NCBI RefSeq assembly: GCF_902459465.1
Contig: NC_047071.1
Coordinates: 9,176,001 to 9,240,000 of the forward strand
Origin: Asterias rubens
Lineage: Eukaryota
Direction: 5' to 3'
DNA length: 64,000 nucleotides
Shown here: positions 50,631 to 62,030 of the stretch, piece by piece
How positions within the stretch are numbered: position 1 is the first letter of the stretch
Layout: each line of letters opens with the position of its first letter
Made by a program: the position numbers and the translations under genes
The notes under the pieces: generated by a model
What the model saw: only the letters and a program-made list of their open reading frames with translations
What the model was told of the DNA's origin: nothing
Databases searched by the model: none

Positions 50631-50724
50631 GTTTTTGAATCTCAGCCGAACGGTTTCACACTTGTCTCCCGCTGTCAGTCTGAACTTCACTCTCTGGCTA
50701 GTAGTAGCGACAGAAGACAGCAAG

Positions 50725-53245
50725 ATGAAGTCTTTTCTAGCAATCACCATTATCATGGGTAAGTCTGGTTAGGTTTAACCCTTTGAATGTTAGTGAGGAG
50801 TCTTTATGAATTTTCTTATTGTGTCCTTTGATAACTTCTTAGAGGGGAATAAAGGGCAAAATTAGTTAATGGTTTGACGTTTCGACCCTCAGAGTCTTTC
50901 TCGAGTTAGTCTTCAAGAAAGACTCTGCCTCGGTTGAAATGCCAGGCCATATTATGCTTTGTTTGCTCGTATACTATTGGGTAGGAAAGAGCAAAGTATG
51001 TTTTCTCAAAGAGCAGAATGCATCAGCAGTAATCATTGTCGAAATCTATACGCTTTAAAGATAATTGTGACACATGCAAAAGCTCCACTTATAACACACA
51101 CGTTTCTTGTTACTTCGTTTGATATCAGGGAGTCTTTAACCGTTAAAAAGTTACCATGAAAATTTAGTTAGAATTGAATTTTTTTTACAAAATGTCTTTG
51201 GGAGTACTTACCCCCAACCTGAAACAAGACAAGTGTCTTTCCCCATACAAAAGAGGTAAAGTCTGATTTACCTCACTACGTGCCGGGAGGTTTTGTTCTT
51301 AGGTACCTCTTTTTGCATTTGGGGAATTTTGGCTTACAAATCAACGGGTGCCTATAGACTGGACACAGTGTTATTTCAGCAGCAAACATATTCAAATCGC
51401 CACTGTGCAATTTCTTGAGGAAAATTGTATAACTCAACTGTATAATGAGGGTCTGTCATCGTATTTGGATTGAAAGGAGGGGTGAGGTATTTCAAGAGCA
51501 GTTGGAGCTCAGCTTACTAGAGTGCGTTTGTTTTTAGCAAGCGTCAGGATAAGCGCCTGCAATGGCAGATACCGGCACTTTATTATAAGACTTCGATTAT
51601 TATTATGTGAAGAATGGGGTCCACCTCAAACATATTCTTACTGAGCTTTTTAATAATGGAACTAAAAAGCTTTGTTATACCACCCTAAATTAGATCAGTC
51701 ATATGCGGGCGGCAGTTGCTTCATATTCAACCAAGTTTTCTGACAGAAACATCGACAATAAAACAAACCCAGATAACTTTCTAAAAAGCATATGTTTCTG
51801 CCATCGTCCGTGATTTGGTTGACTCACAGAGTCCCGCTAATAACTTACATCCGCTGTCTGTCCAAGAGCGGTCACATGTGGCCTGCTTATCTGTCAAATA
51901 AGTACCCCGCCTCACCCAGCTAAAGGGTGATTTAAATCGTTTTCTACTTCGTTTTTCTTCAGGCGAAGGTCCTCTTTGTGTCTAGAGAAGGCTAACTCAT
52001 GGTTCAGAATCCAAACTGCTTCTCTCTAATCTCACTTGATGTAATGTGCCTCGTTGGCTCAAACCCTAATCCAAACCCCTAACCCGACCAGCCCCACCCA
52101 TCATGAGACCAAATGAAAACTAGACTAATGAACATTGATTGATCGCATAGCAACAGTGGTAAACTCATTGATTCTTCAGTCTGTGAACTTTAAACCTGAC
52201 CTTTTAGCTAATTAGAAGGAAATGCGCACATCGGAATGTGTCAGCATTTCCTGTTCGGGGCGCTTTGGCTGCACATGCGCACAACCAGATCGAACTCAGA
52301 ACACTCACGTCATCTGTTGTATTTATTGAGGGTCGCCCCCCCCCCCTCCCCTCCCCTTAACCACCACCAACGTTGATGTTTGTCTTCAGCTTTTCAAATT
52401 GTTTTACTTAAATGAAAATGTTTCTTACAACTTAAATGTAACCATAACATTACTAATACTGGCATACGTTTAAATTCAAGTACTCCAAATCAACTCTCAA
52501 CTGATCACGACACCGGAGGCTTATAAGATGCCAAATCTTCAAGGAATACTAATGATAATAGGAAACATTAATATAGCGCCTTAAATATTTTTTTTTTTTT
52601 TATGTTGCAGGTTGCATGGCGTTCCTTGAGGCTGGAGTTTTGAAACAAAGCTCTGGTGAAAAACAAGCCGCATTGGGGGACCCGTTCTTCGATGCAGGCG
52701 GCACCTCCAATAACGGAGACGGTATGGGAAGTCCAGTCATCGGTGCGGGAGGCAACGCTGCAGCAGCAGCCGGCGGCGGTAACGCTAACGACGGTGGTGG
52801 CGACACACCGGACGGTGCTGACCCCGGTACATACGGAGGCTACGGAGGGTATAATGGTTATGCCGGACGTTCAGGCACTAGCCATGGTTATGGAGGAGGC
52901 CGTGATGGCTACAGAGGTACCGGCCGCTTCGATGGTTACGGTACCAACCCAGGCGGTGGCGGGTACGGCACTGGCGGGTATGGTAGGAGGTACGGTACTG
53001 GCGGCTACGGGGCAGGCGGTGATGGATCCTACAGGCCCAGAGTCGAGCAGAGACCAGCTAGACCATACGGAGCAGGAGACTCCGTGAACAGCCCCAACAC
53101 ACGAGAGGAGAAGGCAAAGAACCCCGGACAGATCGTCGGCAGTGCCGGGTCCACAGGCACTACGGTCGGTATCGTGATCGGTGTCGTAGCCCTCGTAGGT
53201 GTTGCTGCTGGTGTAGCAATCTTCGTCATCAAGAGGAGGAATTGA
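50725..53245 (+). CDS. g6, exons 50725-50758 and 52611-53245: 222-aa type-I membrane protein with Gly/Tyr/Arg-rich ectodomain
   Basis: ATG G|gtaagt donor and polyT-tatgttgcag|GT acceptor give MKSFLAITIIMGCMAFLEA-GV. GGY/GY repeats, TM VGIVIGVVALVGVAAGVAIFVI, tail KRRN. Confidence 0.9.
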
Positions 53246-53994
53246 ATTGTTGATGGTTTAGGAGCATCGAGAACTTGCAGACGCTCCCGGGAGAATAGTC
53301 GTCGAAGAGTCACGTTCTTTCCTCAGATAACCGAATGGAGACCAATTCTATTGTAATCAGTATTTTTTGTAATAATTGAACATTTCACAGATTTGTATGT
53401 TATGCAAATTATGATTTGCCTGAATTTGTTTATGTATGAATTTGATCCGACATCGTCTTGTTGTCCTGTTACATTTCAGTACACAGCAATTTCTTATCCC
53501 ATTTTTTTTTTTCTAGAAGTATAGCTGCAGTTAAACGTACACTAAAGTTGAGGTACGTTCAAACATGTCGCTTAAATTTGTTTGTCATTTCAAAATAAAC
53601 ATCGAATGCTCAAGTTCCTTTCTTTCCGCTTAGCTTTTATTTCTTAGTTTTAGAAATAAATTTGTTTATAACACTCATATCCTACAAATCCTTACATTGG
53701 ACACTCAGCAGAATATCAATAACAATACGATATAGTTATATATTACGTCTGCAGGCCAAGACGTTTCGATTGTACATAATCCAGTCCTAGGAATAGGTAT
53801 TCGTGTAGATGATAAACAAAACCCTCTTCAACTCGCTTTTAAAAACTCCCGAATATTACACTTTGTGCAACAGCACATCATTGGTGTTTGTCTAAGCTTC
53901 AAGCAGCGTTTCTCATAGTATCATATTGACGAGTTTCAATTCAATTCGTGTTTCATGTGAGGACTCTGCATTTGCTAAGCGGGTACATCATAAT

Positions 53995-54135
53995 GGAGAG
54001 ATTTGTGTCGCTAGGTGGCAGCAGACTCACCCGGTAAGATTATTGTCCTCGTTAATGTGCGCATGTTCAGAACAACAACAAAATTGAAATTTACCTGATG
54101 AGTCTGCTGCCACCTAGCGTTCAAAAGTCTCTCAT
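53995..54135. mobile_element. Short palindromic MITE with CGCTAGGTGGCAGCAGACT arms
   Basis: cgctaggtggcagcagactca...tgagtctgctgccacctagcg; a decayed relative lies at about 14410-14520. Confidence 0.75.
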
Positions 54136-54327
54136 TTTAAAAATTTCTCGTGGTAGAACTGTTGGGTCTGGAACCAGTGACTTTTTTCGTAGCCTTTGTG
54201 TCCTGAAACGGAGATTATTCTTGACTCAACTTATTGAATAGTCAGAATCTACCCGTGAAAGAAAAACAGGTGACCACTGTAGCCATTTTGTGGTCAGGGT
54301 GACTCATTTCCTGGGTCCAAATGACAT

Positions 54328-54481
54328 GGGGCCTTTTCCAAACGTCGGTCTGGGCTCCAGTTCCGGGTCTGGCTCCGTCATCATCTCTGGAACAGTGTAC
54401 ATTATTTTGTTACGGTGTGTCCTACGATCAAATGGAGCCAGGAGCCGGAACCAAAGCCCAGGCCGAATTTGGAAACTCCCC
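54328..54481. mobile_element. Palindromic MITE-like element
   Basis: tttccaaacgtcggtctgggctccagttccgggtctggctcc versus ggagccaggagccggaaccaaagcccaggccgaatttggaaa. Confidence 0.6.
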
Positions 54482-54744
54482 AAGGCATCCGGATCAGTGG
54501 TCTTTGACTCAATTTTCCATGTCATGATGACCCGTACAGCCCGCCAAGCTGGCCCGATCGAGGCCTGGCCCCGGTGACAATTTTCCCTTAATAATTCTGA
54601 CAAAATGAGCCATCTTTTCCGTTTTCGCAAGACTCCGTGCACATTGCGAATATTGTTGGCATAAGTTCATAGGCTAGTTGGTAATAATTTACTGATGCAC
54701 ATCTCAATGATATGACGCCCAAACAAACTATGCAGTGAGAGTGT

Positions 54745-54877
54745 GGCCCTTTTCGAATCCACGGCTTCGGCTTTGGATTCGGCTTCAGGCTCCGTTCTCT
54801 CGTCTAAAAAAAAAAACGAGCGCCACCGCCAAGCACGCGCAATTAATGTCAAAACAATCGTGGTTTCGAAAAGGGCC
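54745..54877. mobile_element. MITE with TIR GGCCCTTTTCGAA(T/A)CCACG
   Basis: ggcccttttcgaatccacg...cgtggtttcgaaaagggcc. Confidence 0.7.
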
Positions 54878-55257
54878 TATGTTCCATTTAAGTTGCACTA
54901 ACTGAAAATTCAATAGTAACCGCGAGTCATAATTAATGGATTTCTTCAGCGCCTTGAGTGTTGACACTTCCTGTCTTAAATCTGTTTTCATTTATAAAAA
55001 TGTAGATCTGTAATATAATAGTTTTAAATACATGCTAATAAAAAGTAAATGAAATATTTTATTGGAGGAAAATAATTGTTTCTATGACTTTATTATCTTG
55101 TGTTTCAATTTACGTTTGCTTTCTTTAAGATCGCTACTGCAAAGACCCCTTTTCCTTCCCAAAATGCCTTTCGACAACATAAAACAATCAGCCAGACAGG
55201 AAGCTCAATATGGTTTATTATGGGTTGTTTGGGGGCTTAACCTTTTTTGTTTTTTTA

Positions 55258-56170
55258 AGGCAGTGGACACTATTGGTAATTACTCAAAATATTTATTAGC
55301 ATAAAACCTTACTTGGTAACAAGTACTGGAGAGCGGTTGATAGTATAAAACATTGTGAGAAACGGCTCCCGCTGAATTAACGTAGTTTTCGCGAAAGAAG
55401 TAATTTTCCACGAATTTGATTTCGAGACCTCAGATATGAGGTATCGAAATCAACTTGCATCTGAAAGAACACAACTTCGTGTTAAAGTCACCTGGAAATA
55501 TAATGGTTTTCTTTCAAACATAGGAGTATATGCTTACGAACAATAAAACAATTTTTTTAGTAATTGTTTGTCACGATTTATATGTTTAAAAAATATATAA
55601 AGTTGTTTGGGGGCTGACTCCGCCTGCCCCTTTTGTGACGTCAATCAAGGCAGACTTTGCCTGCAATGCGTAAAGTAAACACACGTGCAAAGAACATGTA
55701 CGTCCCAGTCGTGAGTTGGTACATTTCAAAAAGTGTTTTTCTGCATTCAGCGGCAATACACCTGGTCGGCATTGCCGAAAAAAAAATTTGGTCCGTACAT
55801 GTACTTGTGTTTACTCTACGCATTACAGGCAAAGTATGCCTCGATTGACGTCACGAACAGCGCCCTCTCGGATCGGGGTCTACTCGTAAATTTGTAAATA
55901 AAATAAGAACTGATTTTGTAAAACCTTAGTTAACTGTTTATTCACATTCCACTCATCAAAACACATATATTAGTGACAATAGCTTTATTTTGAAAAAATA
56001 CCACTTCCAGGTGACTTTAAGGGTTTTTTATTTTTATTTTTAATTATTATCTCGTAACTTCGACGACCAATATTGAGCTCAAATTTTCACAGGTTTGTTA
56101 TTTTATGCATATGTTGAGATTTCCAAGTGAGAAGACTTGCATTGACAATTACCACCAGTGTCCAGTGGCT
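55258..56170 (+). mobile_element. Family A MITE split by a nested family C element
   Basis: Family A halves at 55258-55485 and 56017-56170. Confidence 0.85.
55486..56016. mobile_element. Kolobok-like MITE family C (TIR AGTCACCTGGAA), nested, with TTAA TSD
   Basis: TTAA at 55482-55485 and 56017-56020; agtcacctggaa / ttccaggtgact. Confidence 0.9.
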
Positions 56171-56386
56171 TTAACTGATGTTCGAATCTCAAAATTGCAT
56201 GAAGTCTGAAACAATATCATACAAATAACTCGAAGTCAACCCGTGAAACAACAAAACGGAGAGTGATGTTAAAGTGAAACACCGGCTATGCGTTGACTCT
56301 GCAGAAAATAACCTAAACATGGCGTATTTAAGTTTGCAATAATGTTCCCTTCTGCTATAATAAATGCACTGGATACCCTCAAGTGT

Positions 56387-56655
56387 GGCGTGTCATTGAC
56401 GAGCGGTTAAAGAGCACCGGATTCAAGCTTTGGTGTTTCTGATTATCAGGGAGTGGGTTCGAGTCCCCGCCGGTCGTGACACTTGCTACGTAAAATTGTA
56501 GAGGTAGTGCTTTCTGCTCTACCGGCCAGGCTTCGAATTGATGATACCCAAGCCTACATCCGTATGGACTGTAACCCTGTTTTAGCCCTAGAAGTAAGTG
56601 GCAACAGCCTCTGGAATAAAATAATTGTAGCTCACACCCTGAAGTGGCCCTCCGT
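56387..56655 (+). mobile_element. tRNA-derived SINE (Leu/Ser-type long-variable-arm head)
   Basis: A box ttgacgagcggttaaagagc, anticodon-like loop ttcaagc, B box ggttcgagtcc, then the SINE body. No clean acceptor stem. Confidence 0.8.
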
Positions 56656-58212
56656 ATAGAGCTTTGTTTTGTTAATAAACAAACCACATCGGTTGTCATG
56701 GTCGGCCGAATGTTAGTAAAACACCCGTATGAACAGATCTTGTCACCAAAATTCTACAAACTTTCAATGAAACAAAAAGTACCTCACATAATGAGTTGAT
56801 TTGTGTTCAACAAAATCAACACAATTATAATATTTGTTGGGTAAAAATTGTTACAAACACTAGCGATCTGTTTTCGATCTACCTGTCTAGGTTTCCATAG
56901 TTTTCCAACCAGGTTTGGCAAAAGCCCCGGGCTGTGGCGTTGCAGGTACCAGTGACCATAGATCCATTAATTGACTGCACATTGCATACATTTTTGTTAT
57001 ACGCATGCCTGGGCGACATTTTTAGTTAATGGGATGGATGTTATCAACAGAAACGTCTTACCTAATATATACATGCATGGTTGCATAGGGAGAGGAAAAG
57101 CCAAATATTACCGTTTGACATAACTCGGCCCAATTTCATATAAGCACAAAATTTGCTTAGCATGAAATTGTTTCCTTTGTAATAACAGGATAACCAACCA
57201 AATTTCCAGTTGTTGCATGTTGTTGTTGTTTGCAAATCCTGAAAGTCAAGTGGAAATTTGGTTGGTAATCCTGTTTTTATCAAGGCAAAGATGTCATGCT
57301 AAGCAAACGGTGTACTTAGCAGCTCTATGAGTTTGGGCCCTGATGTGTTTAAGTCTGCCTGTAAAATCCTGCGACTATTTTGAATTCTGATTTTTTTTTC
57401 CGGTAAACTAATGTTACGAGTGCACTATTACACGAGCAACACTCGCCGGCACTTGGTATGTTTTCCAATATTCCGTACACTTAATGGGGTTTGGGATAAG
57501 CCATTGAACAACGTCATGTTAATGTTGAAAATGTTGTCACTGCGTCGACTCTGAAGTTTAGTTTAATGTCGATAGAGGGCGCAAGTATCGCGTTTTGTGA
57601 CTCTGTTGAAGGACGGGTTGTGAATTCTTCAAAATATTCATCCAAAATGTTTGAGCAAACATTTTCGGCCACTGAGGGCGCTGTGTACTCAGTTAAGGCC
57701 AACCATTAAGGAAATTAGATACGGTGCTGCTATCATCGGAAACAGAAATTGAAGCTTTCAATCGTGAATTATGCACATTAGACAAAAAGTGAAAACGACG
57801 GTTGGATTTAAGAAACTTTTAGGAAATGGCAGATTCAATTACGGCTGGTGGGTTTGTTTGTGCAATGTATTTATGGTTCAAACAGCAAACGTCTCGCCAC
57901 TTATTCAAGATAATCTAACGGTGCAATTTTTAACTCGTTTTACAGCCTGATACGGAGATTTGCAGCTCTGAATATCGTGTACTGCTGGTCACGTTCACTC
58001 TAAAAGCTTAAGAGTTGAACCCAACACTTGCATGACTTCGGTTAGTGACAACACTATACACTTTGTTTGATCCAGCATTTTATATTTGAAATCCAGCATT
58101 TTAAAGTTATCAGTCAGCATTTAAGTTCCAGTTTAATGTTTAAAAAGATGATCCATCAATTTCAAGGAATATTTTTTGAGAAATGTTGAAATAACAGTTA
58201 ATGTTGAATTAG

Positions 58213-58572
58213 AGGCAGTGGACACTATTGGTAATTATTACTCAAAATAATTATTAGCATAAAACCTCACTTGGTAACGAGTAATGGGGAGAGGTTGATA
58301 GTATGAAACATGAGAAACGGCTCCCTCTGAAGTGACGTAGTTTTCGAGAAAGAAGTAATTGTCCACGAATTTGATTTTGAGACCTCAAGTTTAGAATTTG
58401 AGGTCTCGAAATCAAGCATGTGACAAGGTGTTCTTTTGTTTTATTTTTATCTCGCAACTTCGACGACCGATTGAGCTCAAATTTTCACAGGTTTGTTATT
58501 TTATGCATATGTTGAGATACACCAAGTGTGAAGACTATAGTCTTTGACAATTATCCATAGTGTCCACTGTCT
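58213..58572 (+). mobile_element. Kolobok-like MITE family A
   Basis: aggcagtggacactattggtaatt...atagtgtccactgtctt. Confidence 0.85.
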
Positions 58573-58962
58573 TAAACTTGATTGTTATTTGATATGATGG
58601 ACATGGCCAAAATGGAGGCATCATGACAAAGGTCTATAGCATTTCAGGCGTGAGTCTTCATCAACGATTCAGGCCAAAATACCTTATCATGCTGCATACA
58701 TCGTGGCCATGTTCCGCGTGTCCGCAGCCTCGGTTTGGTAACACTGATATCAATGTGAGAAATTCAAGATGGCTGCACCGCTATAGAGCTCTATGCAAGG
58801 CGTTCTATTTTAAACGCTTACCTTACTACAAAGTGAGTGGGCGCTCTCCGTAGACTTGATACGGGGAGGGCAAACGCGTGCAATGACTGGGTGACAGTTT
58901 ACAACTCCAAGAACCATTATCAGTACCACATGTTTTTTTTGTTTTTTTTTTGTGTTTTTTTA

Positions 58963-59296
58963 AGGTAGTGGACACTATTGGTAATAACTCAAAAATAATG
59001 TTCAGCAAAACTTATACTTGGTCACGAATTGTAGAGAGCTGTTGATAGTATAAAACATTGTGACAAACGGATCCTTCTGAAGTAACGTAGTTTTCGAGAA
59101 AGAAGTAATTTTCCACGAACTTGATTTCGAGACCTCAGATTTAAATTCGAGGTCTCTAAATCAAGCATCTAACAGCACACAACTTCGTGTGACAGGGGTT
59201 AATTTTCTTTCAATATTATCTTACGGGTTTGTTATTGTATGATGCATATTATGTCGAGATACACCAAGTGAGAAAATTGTTTTTTTGACAGTTACC
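58963..59296 (+). mobile_element. Kolobok-like MITE family A, right end eroded
   Basis: ttaaggtagtggacactattggtaat... colinear with the reference copy. Confidence 0.8.
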
Positions 59297-59939
59297 GTCC
59301 TGGTGTTTTTATAATCCATCACAGCATTCCTGAAAAGACCCGAAATAATTCAGACGCCAAAAACGGAATTGTGAAACCCGTCCAGCATGACACCGTCCAA
59401 CCCACAGGATCGTGCAATACACAAATAGAGTACCACCTCTGACAATCTCCGTTTTTGTAGGTTATCGGACCTCTAAATCGGGTTGAGTAGACCCTACTTC
59501 AAGAAATGAAACCTTACATTCAGCGGTAGTATATTTTTACCGTATACGGAACTTCGCTGAAGGGCGATTGAGTCATCAGACTCAGAACCGTTGGTGCTGC
59601 CTGGAGCCCGTTCATATAAATCTTACGTCAATTGTTGGATTACCGTCAGCGTGGGGAAGTTATCAATTTATTGGCTCTTAAAAAGAAACACCTTTTGTAG
59701 CGTGATCAAAGTTCTGAAGGCGTGATCTCACCTGTGTACCTAAAGATCGGTGCATACATTTTGTTCCGTGAATTAAATCAAAGTGAATCAACGTGATGGG
59801 AAATGATCACACCCTCTTCAGTAGAATTTGAACCCGTTCTTGTAAGTGTTTCGGTACAAAGATGGCAAAGTTGTTCATGGGATGATGAGGTTCTGGGCAG
59901 ACTGTGTCTGTAGCAGACTGACAGTGACAGTACTGTGTG

Positions 59940-60105
59940 TTATGGGGGAGGGGGTAACCGCAGGTACGCATACCCCTGCATGGGTGAATATAAGCGATAC
60001 CTGTCTCGCTAAAAGGACACAAGTGTCATGACCGAGATTAAAACTCACAGTCCGATGACTTGGCCAACAGAACTTGACACCGGGTGCACTAGGCTGCTCG
60101 GCCGA
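59940..60105 (-). mobile_element. tRNA-derived SINE, degenerate
   Basis: On -: tcggccgagcagcctagtgcacccggtgtcaagttctg...ggtcatgacacttgtgtcc. Confidence 0.6.
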
Positions 60106-60728
60106 TACTAACTATAGAGAAAGCCTGAACATCTGACTTGACACTTCGAGGCTCGCGAATAACGCCTTATACCCGGCCCGCCTTGAGCGGCTGTTTGGAT
60201 CCTTAAAAATGTACCTTTGACTTCGCAACCATTTTGCATGGAGATTCGCATTCAAATCCTACGTACAATTAATAACAAAAAGATTACATGCCAAACATTA
60301 TGCACGCTGCATACAAACGACTGAGAGACAAGCTGACACACATCAATCGGTCCAAACATATGGAAATCTTACGTCACTAAACGTTTATCCAATGAAATCA
60401 TTGTATGCAATTAAACCATTGCCTGTAATTTTGGGAGTAGTCTATGCAATGACACGTTTAATTGTTGTTTATTGTACACTAGAGGGCGTGGTTTACAATG
60501 AGTACAATATTGTAGAGTGGCTACTTTAAATAGTCTAGTACCTTTCTGGTAAAGATTTGAATCAATTATTGGTAGTTGGCAGACGTCTGTTGCGAATCCA
60601 ATGTCAAGTTTAAACTTATCCACCAGAGACATATTTCTTTCCTCATGTTTGTTTTATGGTCAGTGCCTGATGGTCTGACGGATAGTCAAGGCACCTGCCT
60701 AACCACTGTTGCCGGCAACTCTATTCGA

Positions 60729-61190
60729 GTGCTATGGTTAAAACTACGACTCCCGAGGTGATCCCCGGAGCGTTCTATTTTCTCGAGGCGGAGGGAAAAT
60801 GAAACGCTCTAGGGATCACCGCGGGAGTCGTAGTTTTAACCGTAGCACGAGTTAAATCAGTCAATATTTGTTTTATAACACCCCAACAGACTATTCATAT
60901 CATCATTTTCTTACACGTAACGTTCGTACGCACGTTTCAGATACACAGGTGCACAACTGATTGGGTTCAAGGTGGGTAAAAAGACGTCTGGGTACTGCAC
61001 GCGGTGTGATAGTCGTCGGTATATCAGTGCACGGCGAACGATGCCCTATCACACGGCAAACGATGCACTATCACACACGGCCGCCGTCTAGTAAAACTAA
61101 GACATATCATGTGACGCGCTCTTAACCAATTAAAAGGCAGAATATTTGTAACGGGGAGTTATTATAATAACCTTTATTGTCCAGTGTCTT
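60729..61190. mobile_element. Interspersed repeat with an internal palindrome of about 120 nt
   Basis: gagtgctatggttaaaactacgactccc...gggagtcgtagttttaaccgtagcacgag; boundaries uncertain. Confidence 0.5.
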
Positions 61191-61299
61191 TAACTTTACA
61201 CAATGCACCGATACGTTTGGGTAAACATTATCTGTATATAAAAAACAAAAACTGTGAAGAAATTATTTCAAAGTGGCTAATTTTCTAATGTTTTGCTGA

Positions 61300-61392
61300 T
61301 GAACACAAGTGCCAAGACGGGGACTCGAACCCTCACCATGCAGAACAGAAATACCATTGCTTGAGTGCTTGGCTGTTCGGCCACGTCACGCC
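61300..61392 (-). mobile_element. tRNA-derived SINE head
   Basis: On -: ggcgtgacgtggccgaacagcc...gagggttcgagtccccgtcttggcacttgtg. Confidence 0.65.
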
Positions 61393-61661
61393 AACAAAGT
61401 CGGCATTATACGTTTCGAGGTTATATACTAGGAAGTTGACATCATGTTTAATTATTTCAACAACTGAATTGCTGGTTTGTCATGGTCTATATTTAGGGTT
61501 TGCTAACTGGCGGTTGTTTTTAGAATCATGATCAATTGTCAACCACAAACGTCGGTTGATTCAAGGTAGGAAAATTACCCGGAAATTCATCAAAAATGTT
61601 TGGTGAAAGAGGTGCGTCATTTTCTGCGAGGCATGATCGGAAATGCGGATTTAATTATTAA

Positions 61662-62030
61662 AGATGCTATGTCAGATTTTTGGCCGATTTGACCTAAACA
61701 TTTAGATTTAAAATTCAATAGGTATTTTGATGGGGGTCGAGAAAGTTACAAGCTTTCATTTGAGCCATTGCTCGAAAAAGTCCGCCAATTATTAGTAGCA
61801 GTGAAATCAAGTGCTCCAAATTAGTTTTTGTCGGGATCCCGACAATATGTCACGTGACCAACTCGTATGTGTTTTATAAGAAACGTTTTAAACTTTTGTC
61901 ATGGTTCCTGGCCATTAAAAGTAAAAGTTAAACTTGTTTTCGTTAGAGCGGGTGATACTCTTTGAAATACCATTTACTAAAAAAAAATCTATTTTTTAAT
62001 GTTTGGAGCCAAACATCTGACATAGCATCT
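61662..62030. mobile_element. Kolobok-like MITE (TIR AGATGCTATGTCAGAT)
   Basis: TTAA-agatgctatgtcagat...atctgacatagcatct-ctaa. Confidence 0.8.

Noticed and set aside
56387-56480. Possible tRNA gene (also at 22385, 61320 and 15600)
   Set aside because: A and B boxes are present but there is no clean acceptor stem or terminator, and shared downstream bodies indicate SINE heads.
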